Of a stretch of 64,000 nucleotides of DNA, positions 20,347 through 30,291 are shown in pieces (the first letter of the stretch is position 1; each line of letters opens with the position of its first letter). The stretch covers positions 44,476 to 108,475 of the IMG/VR virus record IMGVR_UViG_3300025437_000011. One strand, written 5' to 3'. The stretch is from a virus. Made by a program: the position numbers and the translations under genes. The notes below the pieces were generated by a model, which saw only the letters and a program-made list of their open reading frames with translations, ran no database searches and was not told the DNA's origin.

Positions 20347-21338
20347 GCGAAGAACTGGTGAGGCTTTCTGCAAGCCGTATTAAGACCCTGCAATCATGTA
20401 GCTGGAGTTATTACTCTAACTATGTATTAAAGTTGCCACAAAAGAATAATTCTGGCGCAATGCGTGGAACTATTGCCCATCTAATATTTGAAGTACTATC
20501 TAACCCAAGGCATAGTAAATATGTAAATAAAATTATAAAAGCTGGAACATGCAAGAAAGTAAAGCCTGTATGGAAATTGATTTTCAAAAATGCAAAGAAA
20601 ATGAAGCTTGATCTAGATGAGATTGTTAAACCTATCAAAAAAGAGGGCGAAATGACAAATCTAAAATGCATTGATACGATGATTCAAGTTGGTCTTAAGT
20701 ACGATTTTATTAATGAGCAAAAACTAATTGGTAGTGAGTGGGCATTTGATATTACCAACGAAAGCCCTAAGTATAGAATTTTAGGATTCGTTGATCGTCT
20801 TGTTGAAGACGATGGAACACTAATTATTCGTGACTACAAAAGTAGCAAAAAAACATTTAGTGGAGAGGAGCTAGAAAGCAATCTTCAGTCTATGATGTAT
20901 TCATTGGCCGCTAGAAATAAGTATCCAGATTACAAGAATGTTAATGTTAAATTTTTATTCCTAAGATATCCAGATGCCCCAGAACAGGAATCTCCAGAGT
21001 TTAGCGAGATTGAACTGGCGGGATTTGAACACTATCTTGAGTATATCAGTAATCAATTACAGAATTTTACGGAAGAAAAGGGTAAGGCAAATTTTGCTAA
21101 ACACGACTTTGCAAAAAAGTGGATGTGTCAAACCAAGTCGGGCTGGAAGTGTCCGTATCTCGACGCTATGGAATACAAGGCTCTAGTAGACAAAGATGGT
21201 AAGCTTATTAAATGTATTTTTAATACCGAAGAGTTTAAAGTAGAAGAAATTAAAGAGGGCTATAAGGTAGAAGTTCGTAACTATGAGGGGTGCCCGGCAT
21301 GGAAGAAGAAAGAAATGAAAGATCCGTTTGACTTTTGA
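20343..21338 (+). CDS. PD-(D/E)XK nuclease (Cas4/AddB-like)
   Basis: LSASRI..C, GTIAH, GFVDRL, IRDYKS, QSMMY, C-terminal Cys residues. Confidence 0.85.
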   Translation: MSEELVRLSASRIKTLQSCSWSYYSNYVLKLPQKNNSGAMRGTIAHLIFEVLSNPRHSKYVNKIIKAGTCKKVKPVWKLIFKNAKKMKLDLDEIVKPIKKEGEMTNLKCIDTMIQVGLKYDFINEQKLIGSEWAFDITNESPKYRILGFVDRLVEDDGTLIIRDYKSSKKTFSGEELESNLQSMMYSLAARNKYPDYKNVNVKFLFLRYPDAPEQESPEFSEIELAGFEHYLEYISNQLQNFTEEKGKANFAKHDFAKKWMCQTKSGWKCPYLDAMEYKALVDKDGKLIKCIFNTEEFKVEEIKEGYKVEVRNYEGCPAWKKKEMKDPFDF

Positions 21339-21362
21339 GGAAAGTTTGTATAGAATGGTGGA

Positions 21363-21923
21363 ATGCAATACATATGCGTTAACCAAATCAATGAACACGG
21401 TCTCAGAAAATTTCGCCAAGACTTTTGGAACCTAGAAAGAAATTCTCCACAACCAATTATTCCTATCATTATTGATAGTTATGGCGGCGATGTTTATTCT
21501 GTATTTGGAATGATTAGCCTTATCAAGGCAAGCCAAAAGAATATTGCTACAATTTGTGACTCTAAGGCCATGAGCGCCGGGGCACTACTGCTATCTTCGG
21601 GAACAAAAGGACTGAGATTTGCCAGTGAGTTTTCCCATATTATGATTCATGAGGTTCTAACTGGCAATCCACACGCAAAGATTAGTGATATTAATATTGA
21701 CACTAACCATGCAATGGCGCTAAACAAGCAAGTTTTCTCAATTCTAGACAAGAATTGCGGACAAAAGCCCGGCTACTTCGTTAAGCTTGTAGATACAAAC
21801 AAGAATAGTAATTTATATTTAACTTCCAAACAGGCCAAAAAGTATGGTATAGTTGACCATGTGGATGTTCCAAAGCTAGAGATCAATACAGAGTTTTCGA
21901 TTATGCGTTCCAATCTTCTTTAA
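21363..21923 (+). CDS. clpP: ClpP-like protease
   Basis: IDSYGGDV, AMSAG (catalytic Ser), IMIHE, AKKYGIVD. Confidence 0.85.
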   Translation: MQYICVNQINEHGLRKFRQDFWNLERNSPQPIIPIIIDSYGGDVYSVFGMISLIKASQKNIATICDSKAMSAGALLLSSGTKGLRFASEFSHIMIHEVLTGNPHAKISDINIDTNHAMALNKQVFSILDKNCGQKPGYFVKLVDTNKNSNLYLTSKQAKKYGIVDHVDVPKLEINTEFSIMRSNLL

Positions 21924-22670
21924 ATGACACTGCCAATCTTCAGATCTAACTATTCTTTAACCTCTATACTTACTCTTGATAAGTATCAGAAGTGGCAGGA
22001 GAGAAAACCAAATCGTGCAGATTCTATCATTAATATCTGTTGCGATCTTGGACAGTCTGATGTTTTTATTGCAGAAAATAATTTAAGCGGATTAGTAGAA
22101 GCTTATGAGAATGCTAGCTCTGCCGGATTAAATTTACGCTATGGTTATCGTGTAACCGTTTGTGCTAATCTGGAATATAAAACTCCAGATTCACAGAAAA
22201 CTGAAAATAAATTAATTATCTTTGCAAAGAAGAATAGTTTTTCAGACCTAATCAAACTTCATAACCTATCAACTTCTGTTGGCAATTACGAAGGCAAGCC
22301 AAGACTAGACTATCAAACAATCAAAAAGAATTGGACAAAAAATCTGTTGATGGTTATCCCATTCTATGATTCATATATTTTTAATAATTTATTACATGGT
22401 AGCGAATGTATTCCCGATATAGATTTTGCAGATCCATATATTTGCATTGAAAATAATAATTTACCGTTTGACAGTTTAGTTAGAGATCAAATTCTTTCAA
22501 GCGTAAAATATAATCAGATTGACTCGAAAACAGTTTACTATAAGGACAAAAAAGATTTTAATGCTTATATGACCTATCGTTGCATTCTAAACCGAACAAC
22601 ATTCCAGAAGCCAGAGTTGGCACACTTTGGCAGTAATGAGTTTTGTATGGAGGCTATTTATGCAAGATAA
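21924..22670 (+). CDS. DNA polymerase III alpha, stand-alone PHP domain
   Basis: RSNYSLTSIL, LIIFAK, KPRLD, IENN, VYY; matches the DnaE N-terminal PHP domain. Confidence 0.75.
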   Translation: MTLPIFRSNYSLTSILTLDKYQKWQERKPNRADSIINICCDLGQSDVFIAENNLSGLVEAYENASSAGLNLRYGYRVTVCANLEYKTPDSQKTENKLIIFAKKNSFSDLIKLHNLSTSVGNYEGKPRLDYQTIKKNWTKNLLMVIPFYDSYIFNNLLHGSECIPDIDFADPYICIENNNLPFDSLVRDQILSSVKYNQIDSKTVYYKDKKDFNAYMTYRCILNRTTFQKPELAHFGSNEFCMEAIYAR

Positions 22671-23292
22671 TCTTTTAAGATTTAAAAAGGATCAAAAGTA
22701 TCTAGTTTTTGATACGGAAACTGAAAGCTTGAACTTGGTTAATTCTAGACCTTGGCAAATTTCTTGGGCAATTGCGCAAGGTGATAAGATTCTTAAACAC
22801 GAAGATCGTTTTGTTTATTGGGATAACCTAAAAATGTCGGATGGTGCGGCGAAGATTACCCGATTTGATCGCGCAAAATGGAACAGTAAAGCAGAAGATC
22901 CAAAGACAGTTTTAGAAGCATTTGACAAGTATCTTTATAATCCAGAATATTTAATTATTGGTGCAAACTTATTTGGTTTTGATATTTATCAGCACAATAA
23001 CGCTAGAAGAGAGATCGGGTTAAAAACTGATTATTCTTATATTAATAGGATTATTGATGTTCAGGCTCTTCAAAAAGGAATTTTTTTAGGATTAAAAACA
23101 GTTCCCGAAAACAGGACTGCTTGGCACTATCAAATGCAAAACTTCCGCCAAAGAGGGCTAAAAACTTCAGTAAAACACCTTTGTTCAGTATATGATATTG
23201 ACTATGATGAAAATAAAGCGCATGATGCAGTATATGATAATAATCTAGTTTTCTCTATTTTTAGAAAGCAGATTTATTCTATTGAAGTATGA
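22660..23292 (+). CDS. DEDDh 3'-5' exonuclease (DnaQ/epsilon-like)
   Basis: FDTETE, GANLFGFD, AHDAVYD. Confidence 0.85.
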   Translation: MQDNLLRFKKDQKYLVFDTETESLNLVNSRPWQISWAIAQGDKILKHEDRFVYWDNLKMSDGAAKITRFDRAKWNSKAEDPKTVLEAFDKYLYNPEYLIIGANLFGFDIYQHNNARREIGLKTDYSYINRIIDVQALQKGIFLGLKTVPENRTAWHYQMQNFRQRGLKTSVKHLCSVYDIDYDENKAHDAVYDNNLVFSIFRKQIYSIEV

Positions 23293-25826
23293 ACGATAAA
23301 TTTTTAAAAGAATTCGGAAAAGTAAAGATTAACAAAGTTAATCTTGTCCGTTTACCAGAGATCTCTCTTAACCAAACAGAGAAACAGGTAGTCTCAAAAA
23401 ATACAGAGACGAACGATGAATTTCTAAAACAATTAATTAATGATGGATGGAGAAAGTTTAGAGATAAGGTTTCAGAGGATAAAAAACAAGTCTACTTGGA
23501 TAGACTGAAGGAAGAGTTTTCTATTGTACAAGACTTGGGGTTTGTTGATTACTTCCTATTAGTTTGGCGCGTTATTAATAAAGCACGAGAACTTGGGGCT
23601 TTTATTGATTGGGGGCGCGGAAGTGCCGCTGGCAGTTTGATTTTCTTTTTACTTGGTGTAACAGGCGTAGACCCTGTAGATAAAAAGTTATTCTTTACGC
23701 GATTTATTTCCAAAGTTCGTGCAAAGAAAGAAGTTATTGATGGAGTTACTTATATTCAAGGTGACCTTGCGCCTGATGTTGATATTAACTTGGGCGGCGT
23801 TCGAGAAGAGATTATTCAATGGTTAAAAGAGTGCTATCCTAATAAGGTTGGCAAAATTGCCGCCCTATCCACTTTCTCTGGAAAGATTCTAGTTAAAGAT
23901 GTTTTTAAAATTATTAATGAAGCCAATGAAGAAATGGCAGTTGATCTCGCTGACACAATCGGAAAGACATTCGGAGTTGTTGAAGATATTGAAGACTCTT
24001 ATAAGAACAGTGAAAAATTTAAGCTATGGGCAGATACTTATCCAGATTCATATGCAATCGCATTAAAATTACGCGATCTTATTCGTGGAAAGTCAACCCA
24101 TGCTAGCGGTTATTTTATTTCTTATTATCCATTAGACAAGTTTGTTCCGACCGAATTAAACAAAGATGGTGAGATTTCTATCTCTTATGAGATGAATACT
24201 GCCGCAAAGTTTGGAATTAAGCTAGATCTTCTCGGCTTAACAAGTAATGAAATTATTAAGGATGTATTTGATAGGATTCCAGAGAAGCTAGAAGACATTG
24301 ATCTTGATGCTAATCCAGAAGTTTATAAACATCTTCAAAGCGATAATCTTAAACCATACGGCCTATATCAAATTAGCGCAGATTGCGCCTATAGGGTATG
24401 TCAAAAAATTAAACCAGCCAATATTCAAGAATTGAGTGATGTGAACGCTATAGCGCGACCTGGCGCCTTGGCATATGAAGATAAATATGTTTGCATGTCT
24501 GGTGAGCCTCCACATGAGAAATTGGCGCACATTTTCAAAGACAGTAGAAATCTACCTCTTTATCAAGAGCAACTAATTCAATCCCTAGTTGCGGTTGGAT
24601 TTACTCCTGATGAAGGTGAGTATATCCGAAGAATTGTCGGAAAGAAAAAGAGAGAAGAGATGCCGAAGTGGAAAGAGAAGGTATTTGAGACCTGTAACAA
24701 GAATGGTTTTGGCGATGCAGTTGCGGAGGCTATTTGGAAGGTCATGATTGATTCTGCCGACTATTCATTTAATTTGAGTCATAGCTATTCAGTTGCTTAC
24801 CTCGGCGCTCTAACTGTATATTTAAAGTATAAATATCCATTAGAATTCTATACGGCTTGTCTGAATGCTAGCCAACGTCTTCCAGATCCTATGGATGAAA
24901 TTAGGCGAATTCAGCAGGAGCTTCCGCATTTTGGAATTCAACTTCTACCGCCGCATCTTCTAAAGTCCGATATGAACTTTAAGATTGATGGTAAGAATAT
25001 TCGTTTCGGACTGAGCGCAGTCAAGGGTATTTCGGATAGCGCAATGGAAAAGCTGGTAAAGTTTCGTGGAGAATATGATAGTAAGATTGATTGTTTAGTA
25101 GCGGCAAAACAGGCCGGACTAAATATCGGTGTTCTATCCTCTCTGATTCAAGCCGGGGCATTAGATGAACTTGGAACCAAGAGAACAAGGCTTGTTCTTG
25201 AGGCCCAAACCTATAACTTACTAACAGATCGTGAAAAGCGTCTAGTTAAAACAATTCATGACGAAACCGAAGAGAAAGATATTCTTAATATTGTCAAGAT
25301 ACTAAATGAAAAGCAACAGATAAAAGATAGCCGCTTTGAAACAATTAAGTCAAAATATAATACATATAAAGATATTTATATGTTAAATTCCAGAAATGAG
25401 GAGATTACTAATTACTTCTATGAAAAGAACTGTCTTGGATTTAGTTATAGCCAAAACTTAACAACTATCTTTAAAAAGAAAAATACTGATTTTACAACAA
25501 TTCGTAATATACTAGAACATAAGAAGGAAAACGATAAGGTTATCATGGTTGGGCAAATCATTGAAAGCAAAACCTCTAAATCCAAAAATGGAAATAAATT
25601 CTTTAGGGCAGTTGTTGCAGATGATACAGGAACCATTACCACTCTACTTTTCGATGGTAAACAGGGGCTTTTTGAGGAATGTAAGGATGACAATGGTGGA
25701 AACTTTCCAGAAGAGAACGATATTGTTGCGATTAAGGGAAGAAGAAAGGGTACGGATGCCATTTTCGCTGACAAGATTGTGGTTCAAGACTGTAAGATAT
25801 ATAAAAACATGCGTGATTTAAAATGA
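23289..25826 (+). CDS. dnaE: DNA polymerase III alpha catalytic core (no PHP)
   Basis: GRGSAAGS, PDVDIN, STHASG, KLDLLGL, YQEQ, YSFNLSH, IRFGLSAVKG, C-terminal OB fold. Confidence 0.95.
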   Translation: MNDKFLKEFGKVKINKVNLVRLPEISLNQTEKQVVSKNTETNDEFLKQLINDGWRKFRDKVSEDKKQVYLDRLKEEFSIVQDLGFVDYFLLVWRVINKARELGAFIDWGRGSAAGSLIFFLLGVTGVDPVDKKLFFTRFISKVRAKKEVIDGVTYIQGDLAPDVDINLGGVREEIIQWLKECYPNKVGKIAALSTFSGKILVKDVFKIINEANEEMAVDLADTIGKTFGVVEDIEDSYKNSEKFKLWADTYPDSYAIALKLRDLIRGKSTHASGYFISYYPLDKFVPTELNKDGEISISYEMNTAAKFGIKLDLLGLTSNEIIKDVFDRIPEKLEDIDLDANPEVYKHLQSDNLKPYGLYQISADCAYRVCQKIKPANIQELSDVNAIARPGALAYEDKYVCMSGEPPHEKLAHIFKDSRNLPLYQEQLIQSLVAVGFTPDEGEYIRRIVGKKKREEMPKWKEKVFETCNKNGFGDAVAEAIWKVMIDSADYSFNLSHSYSVAYLGALTVYLKYKYPLEFYTACLNASQRLPDPMDEIRRIQQELPHFGIQLLPPHLLKSDMNFKIDGKNIRFGLSAVKGISDSAMEKLVKFRGEYDSKIDCLVAAKQAGLNIGVLSSLIQAGALDELGTKRTRLVLEAQTYNLLTDREKRLVKTIHDETEEKDILNIVKILNEKQQIKDSRFETIKSKYNTYKDIYMLNSRNEEITNYFYEKNCLGFSYSQNLTTIFKKKNTDFTTIRNILEHKKENDKVIMVGQIIESKTSKSKNGNKFFRAVVADDTGTITTLLFDGKQGLFEECKDDNGGNFPEENDIVAIKGRRKGTDAIFADKIVVQDCKIYKNMRDLK

Positions 25827-25892
25827 TTTTTTAAACCCTTGGGGGTAATATGGAAATAGGGGTGTAATTTAAGTATAATAACTTTAAATAAT

Positions 25893-26666
25893 ATGTCTGT
25901 ACCTCTAACCCCTCCCAAAGTTGACGGTGAACTTCCAGAAAAAATGGTTCTCCCACAACCAAAAGCCGCAGAAAGGCGCGGTGATTTCGTAAAGCGTTGT
26001 TGTGGTGGAGCTAAAATTGGTGAGTATAGCAAGTGGGCAGACCCTAATAGAATTATTGTTGATTGTCTAGCAGAGTGGAGCAAGGCAAAACTACATGCCG
26101 CCGCAGTAGTTGGTAGCGGAGATAATGAAGTTATTATTCCTACTGTCACGCTAGATCAGCAGAGGGAGTCTGGAACACCAGCTTCTGAAGCTCCAGTTGA
26201 CCAGACGCCAACCTATACTCAAAAAAAAACTCCCAATTTGAGTTTAAAGGCCGCTCTTCCAGAGGAGGACGAAAAGAATGAGGCCTCAGATAACGAACAA
26301 GAAAAAATCACACCTAATTTTTTAGTTACTCTATTAAATTCAGCAACAACAGCACACATTCTTCATTTACAAACAAGAAGCTATGCACAGCACAAAGCTT
26401 TAAATACTCTCTATTCAGAGCTTCCAGACCTAGCAGATGACTTAATTGAGGCATATCAAGGCAAATACGGTATTGTGGCTAATTATCCAGCACAATCGGT
26501 AACAACACCATCTGACGCACTAGGCTTTGTTCAAGAATTAAGAGCATTTGTTGAAACAAATAGATATGTTGCCCTAAAGCAATCTGATACAGAATTACAA
26601 AATATTACTGACAATATTGTCGAACTTCTTGACAGTACTATCTACAAACTAACCTTTCTTAAATAA
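25893..26666 (+). CDS. two-domain protein with C-terminal ferritin/Dps-like domain
   Basis: AHILHLQTRSYAQHKALNTLY...DDLIEAYQGKYG...YKLTFL. Confidence 0.7.
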   Translation: MSVPLTPPKVDGELPEKMVLPQPKAAERRGDFVKRCCGGAKIGEYSKWADPNRIIVDCLAEWSKAKLHAAAVVGSGDNEVIIPTVTLDQQRESGTPASEAPVDQTPTYTQKKTPNLSLKAALPEEDEKNEASDNEQEKITPNFLVTLLNSATTAHILHLQTRSYAQHKALNTLYSELPDLADDLIEAYQGKYGIVANYPAQSVTTPSDALGFVQELRAFVETNRYVALKQSDTELQNITDNIVELLDSTIYKLTFLK

Positions 26667-26674
26667 TTAAAATT

Positions 26675-27760
26675 ATGCCACTACCAACTCCAAAAGGAAA
26701 AGAACAAAAGGGTGCATTCGTTTCCCGTTGCATCAAAATCCTAAATGACAATAAAGACCTAAAAACCCCACAGCAAAGAATTGCTGTTTGCTATCATCAG
26801 TGGGAAGAAGCGAAAGCTTCAGCTGATGTTATCGTTGGTAGTGGAGATCAAGAAACAATTTTAAATCTTCAAAGCCGAAAAGAAGAAGATGTATTTCCAG
26901 CCCCCAAGTGGACAGCTGGCGCTAAAGGTCAGCGTTTTGGTGGAAAGAAACGCTCGGAGCTAAAGGATAGCGACTTTCTATATCCAGAAGACCGTAGCTT
27001 TCCAATCGTAACCCCAAAAGATGTTCATGATGCCGCAAGAAGTTTTGGCCGCAGTAAAGGTAAGAACTACGAAGATTTCAAAAAGAGACTAGTTCGCAAA
27101 GCTCGCTCAAAGGGGCCAGCTTTCGTTGCCGAACTTCCAGATACCATTAAGCAAGAACATAATATTAAAGCATCTGAGGGTGAACCATTAGCCTCACAAT
27201 ACGCAGATAAGGCCGCAGAAATGCTAACAGAAACAAGTGTATGTGCTGCCACAATTCTTGCCGCAACAGAAAATGAGGCCTTCCATGCCAAACTAACTGA
27301 GCCTTGGGTTTTCACAAAGATTACTATTGCCAAAATTAGCTCATGTGCATATCGCTATCATTTAGAATATGGCGATATCAAGGCAGACGAAGAAGGTGTT
27401 CGTGAAGAAATTGTTGAAATGATAAAAGAGTCTGCTAAAGAAATTTATACAAACGCTCAAGCCGCTTTGGCCCTAATTAACAATCCAGAAAAGCAAGCCG
27501 AAGTTGTCAAGCCTTGGGTATTTGAGAGAATTGTAATTGCAAAATCAATGGCTTGTATCGTAAAAAACCATCTTCTATATGGAGAAGATCCAGAAGCCAC
27601 AGAATATCCCGCAGAGCAAGATCCTAATAATCCAGAAGTTTCCGTTGCGGATGACGAAACAAACATGACTGGCGATACTGGAGAAGATCCAAATAATATA
27701 AGAGAAAATTATTTACGCCACAATGTTTTTGATAATAAGTGGGGCGCAGATACTTACTAA
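26675..27760 (+). CDS. multi-domain probable head-associated protein
   Basis: N-domain paralogous to the upstream gene; KRSELKDSDF..P..RSFPI module; two PWVF repeats. Confidence 0.6.
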   Translation: MPLPTPKGKEQKGAFVSRCIKILNDNKDLKTPQQRIAVCYHQWEEAKASADVIVGSGDQETILNLQSRKEEDVFPAPKWTAGAKGQRFGGKKRSELKDSDFLYPEDRSFPIVTPKDVHDAARSFGRSKGKNYEDFKKRLVRKARSKGPAFVAELPDTIKQEHNIKASEGEPLASQYADKAAEMLTETSVCAATILAATENEAFHAKLTEPWVFTKITIAKISSCAYRYHLEYGDIKADEEGVREEIVEMIKESAKEIYTNAQAALALINNPEKQAEVVKPWVFERIVIAKSMACIVKNHLLYGEDPEATEYPAEQDPNNPEVSVADDETNMTGDTGEDPNNIRENYLRHNVFDNKWGADTY

Positions 27761-27769
27761 TTTATTAAA

Positions 27770-28417
27770 ATGTTTGAAGTAATTTCTACGGTTGAATATA
27801 AAGATTCAGCACTTCACCAAAGAGTCAAAGAAAAAGCCGACAAGCTATTCCCTAAAAATAGTTATACAAAAAATCTTTGGATTTTACGCGAATACAAAAA
27901 GCGCGGAGGAGAAGTTAAGTATCAGGGGGAAAAACCCAAGAGTGGCACTATAAAAAAACAGGTAACTAGTGAGAGCTATGATGGCAGAAAACAAGATTAT
28001 CTATTCAAGGTACGCTTTGAGAATTTTGAATTAGCTAGTGAAAAGAAAAAGGTTCATTTAAACAAACCATTCAGAACTCCGGGCCAAAGAAAAAAGTTTG
28101 CCGTTTACGTTAAGAATGACAAGGGAAATATTGTTCTTGTAAGATTTGGTGATCCAAAAATGGAAATAAAAAGGGATGACCCAAAGCGCCGCAAAAGTTT
28201 TCGCGCTAGACATCACTGTGAGAACCCCGGTCCAAAATGGAAGGCCCAATACTGGGCATGCCAGACTTGGCGCGCGGATAAGAGCGTTAAAGAAGTAGCT
28301 GGCGAAGAAGAGATTAATTGGTTTATGATTCCAACACAAGAGCAATTATTTGGGACAGAATTGCCTCCTTTTGATATTGAAGAAATTGATGATTGTTGCT
28401 GGGACTGTATTGATTAA
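27770..28417 (+). CDS. basic conserved phage protein, probably virion-associated
   Basis: LNKPFRTPG..KKFAVYV...VRFGDP...RRKSFRARHHC...YWAC. Confidence 0.65.
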   Translation: MFEVISTVEYKDSALHQRVKEKADKLFPKNSYTKNLWILREYKKRGGEVKYQGEKPKSGTIKKQVTSESYDGRKQDYLFKVRFENFELASEKKKVHLNKPFRTPGQRKKFAVYVKNDKGNIVLVRFGDPKMEIKRDDPKRRKSFRARHHCENPGPKWKAQYWACQTWRADKSVKEVAGEEEINWFMIPTQEQLFGTELPPFDIEEIDDCCWDCID

Positions 28418-28464
28418 TTAATTTAATTGACAGATTTATAAGTTATTAGTATACTCCTGTAACA

Positions 28465-28755
28465 ATGAAAGTTACATGGAAAGTTGAAGGCGCAGCTGGA
28501 TGGCACAAAACCATTAGGGAAGATATTCTAACTTCACCTATGGAAATAGCCACGAAAGTAATTGAATCCATTAATACAAATGATACATGCCGATTAGGCC
28601 TAGTACTAATGGTAACGCACGACCAAATGGACTCGATAGATCAAACTTTTATTTGTCATGTGCCAACCGTTCTTGCAAATGCTGGCTTTTATAGAGAAGC
28701 GAATCAACTTCAAGAAATGATTGACAATCTATTAAAAAATCCTCAAGATTTATAA
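28465..28755 (+). CDS. hypothetical protein
   Basis: TTGACA(28427)-17-TATACT upstream. Confidence 0.7.
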   Translation: MKVTWKVEGAAGWHKTIREDILTSPMEIATKVIESINTNDTCRLGLVLMVTHDQMDSIDQTFICHVPTVLANAGFYREANQLQEMIDNLLKNPQDL

Positions 28756-29004
28756 ATGAAGAAACTATTTGTAATAATTGGACTTTTATTGTTAATTCCC
28801 ACGCTAAAAGCAGATCCATGTAGAACTGAAACAGTTTTTATTGCAACTGGTGATTCAAATGGACAATCGCAAGATAAGGCTGTCAATGACATGAATCTTT
28901 CTGGTTGTAACGCTAAACTTTTAGAAATGAAAACCGAAAAAATTGGAGAAAATAAATATATCACCATTATTCGCGCTAAAATTGAGCCAAAAGACGGATA
29001 TTAA
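28756..29004 (+). CDS. secreted hypothetical protein
   Basis: Signal peptide MKKLFVIIGLLLLIPTLKA. Confidence 0.65.
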   Translation: MKKLFVIIGLLLLIPTLKADPCRTETVFIATGDSNGQSQDKAVNDMNLSGCNAKLLEMKTEKIGENKYITIIRAKIEPKDGY

Positions 29005-29008
29005 TTAA

Positions 29009-30259
29009 ATGACCGAGCTTCTCTCATTCGAAGAATATCAAAGAGTATTAAATTCTTTGGTTTACCATCATGCAGTATTTTATCAATTTTGGAGACTAGT
29101 AAAACCTTCATATTCAGAAGAGATTGACACTGCATGCGTTAGCTTTAACCAAGATGGTAAATGTGTAGATTTTCTCATTAATAAAGATTTCTGGAATGAA
29201 ATAGGAGAAGAAAAGAAAAAATTCGTTATATGTCATGAATGCATGCATGTTATTAATTCACACGGTAAAAGAATTAATAAAAAATTTCAAGAACATGCGG
29301 ATCAAGCAAATTGCGCAATGGATGTGGTAGTTAATGAATCGCTTGTTAAATATTTTGGTTTTGATCGAAAAGAAATTGACTCTAACAAAGAATATATTTG
29401 GTTTGATAAACTTTTTAAAGGACAAAAAGACATTCTAAAAGATAATAGTTTTGAATATTATTTAAATAAAATTATCGAGAAGAATATTCAAATACCAAAT
29501 AGCGGTTCCGGATTAATTAATGGGCATGAAGGATTAGATATTCCCAAAGAATTTGCCCAAGAAATCATTAATGCACTTTCAGATGAAGAAGCAGATGTTC
29601 TTAAAAATATTGCCGAACGCGCCGAACAAGGCAAAAAAGAATCAACGGGAAAGCTTGCGGGAACGCAAGCTGGAAGCCTAGTTAAAACATTAGACAAAAA
29701 ACCACCCAAGAAAAAATCTAAATGGGAAACTATTATTAAAAAATTCGTTAAAAGTTTTGGAAAAGAAGAATCAGAAGAATCTCATTGGCTAGCCAAAGAC
29801 CGAAGAATGCATAATTTAAACTTTAATATATTTCTTCCTTCTGAGATAGAATATGAGGTAAGAAAAACAAATAAAGATAAAATTAAAACATACTTCTTTA
29901 TGGATACAAGCGGATCTTGCGCTGGACTAGCACAACGTTTTTTTGATGCGGCTAATAGTATAGATAAAGATAAATTTGATGTTGAATATTACTGTTTTGA
30001 TACACAAGTTTATAAGGTAAATCTTAAAGATAAAAAATTGTTTGGTTTTGGCGGCACCAGTTTTCGTTGCATAAGTGATTTTGTTTATAAACATAAAAAT
30101 GAAAAACCATTTGTTTGGGTTCTAACTGATGGGTATGGTGATTTCCCGCCAATTCCAGATAAAGAACAGGAAAAATGGAGTTGGTTTTTAACCAAAGACG
30201 GTTGTGAAAGATACATCCCAAGAGCATGCAAAACATACTTACTGGAAAATTTTGAGTAG
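29009..30259 (+). CDS. metallopeptidase-like plus VWA protein (DUF2201 type)
   Basis: HECMH, ANCAMD, MIDAS DTSGS, GGTSF, LTDG. Confidence 0.85.
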   Translation: MTELLSFEEYQRVLNSLVYHHAVFYQFWRLVKPSYSEEIDTACVSFNQDGKCVDFLINKDFWNEIGEEKKKFVICHECMHVINSHGKRINKKFQEHADQANCAMDVVVNESLVKYFGFDRKEIDSNKEYIWFDKLFKGQKDILKDNSFEYYLNKIIEKNIQIPNSGSGLINGHEGLDIPKEFAQEIINALSDEEADVLKNIAERAEQGKKESTGKLAGTQAGSLVKTLDKKPPKKKSKWETIIKKFVKSFGKEESEESHWLAKDRRMHNLNFNIFLPSEIEYEVRKTNKDKIKTYFFMDTSGSCAGLAQRFFDAANSIDKDKFDVEYYCFDTQVYKVNLKDKKLFGFGGTSFRCISDFVYKHKNEKPFVWVLTDGYGDFPPIPDKEQEKWSWFLTKDGCERYIPRACKTYLLENFE

Positions 30260-30291
30260 ACATTCCTGTAAAAATACATTATTATTCATAC

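Noticed and set aside
21924-25826. Split-intein DnaE
   Set aside because: No Cys/Ser-start or His-Asn intein ends at the fragment boundaries
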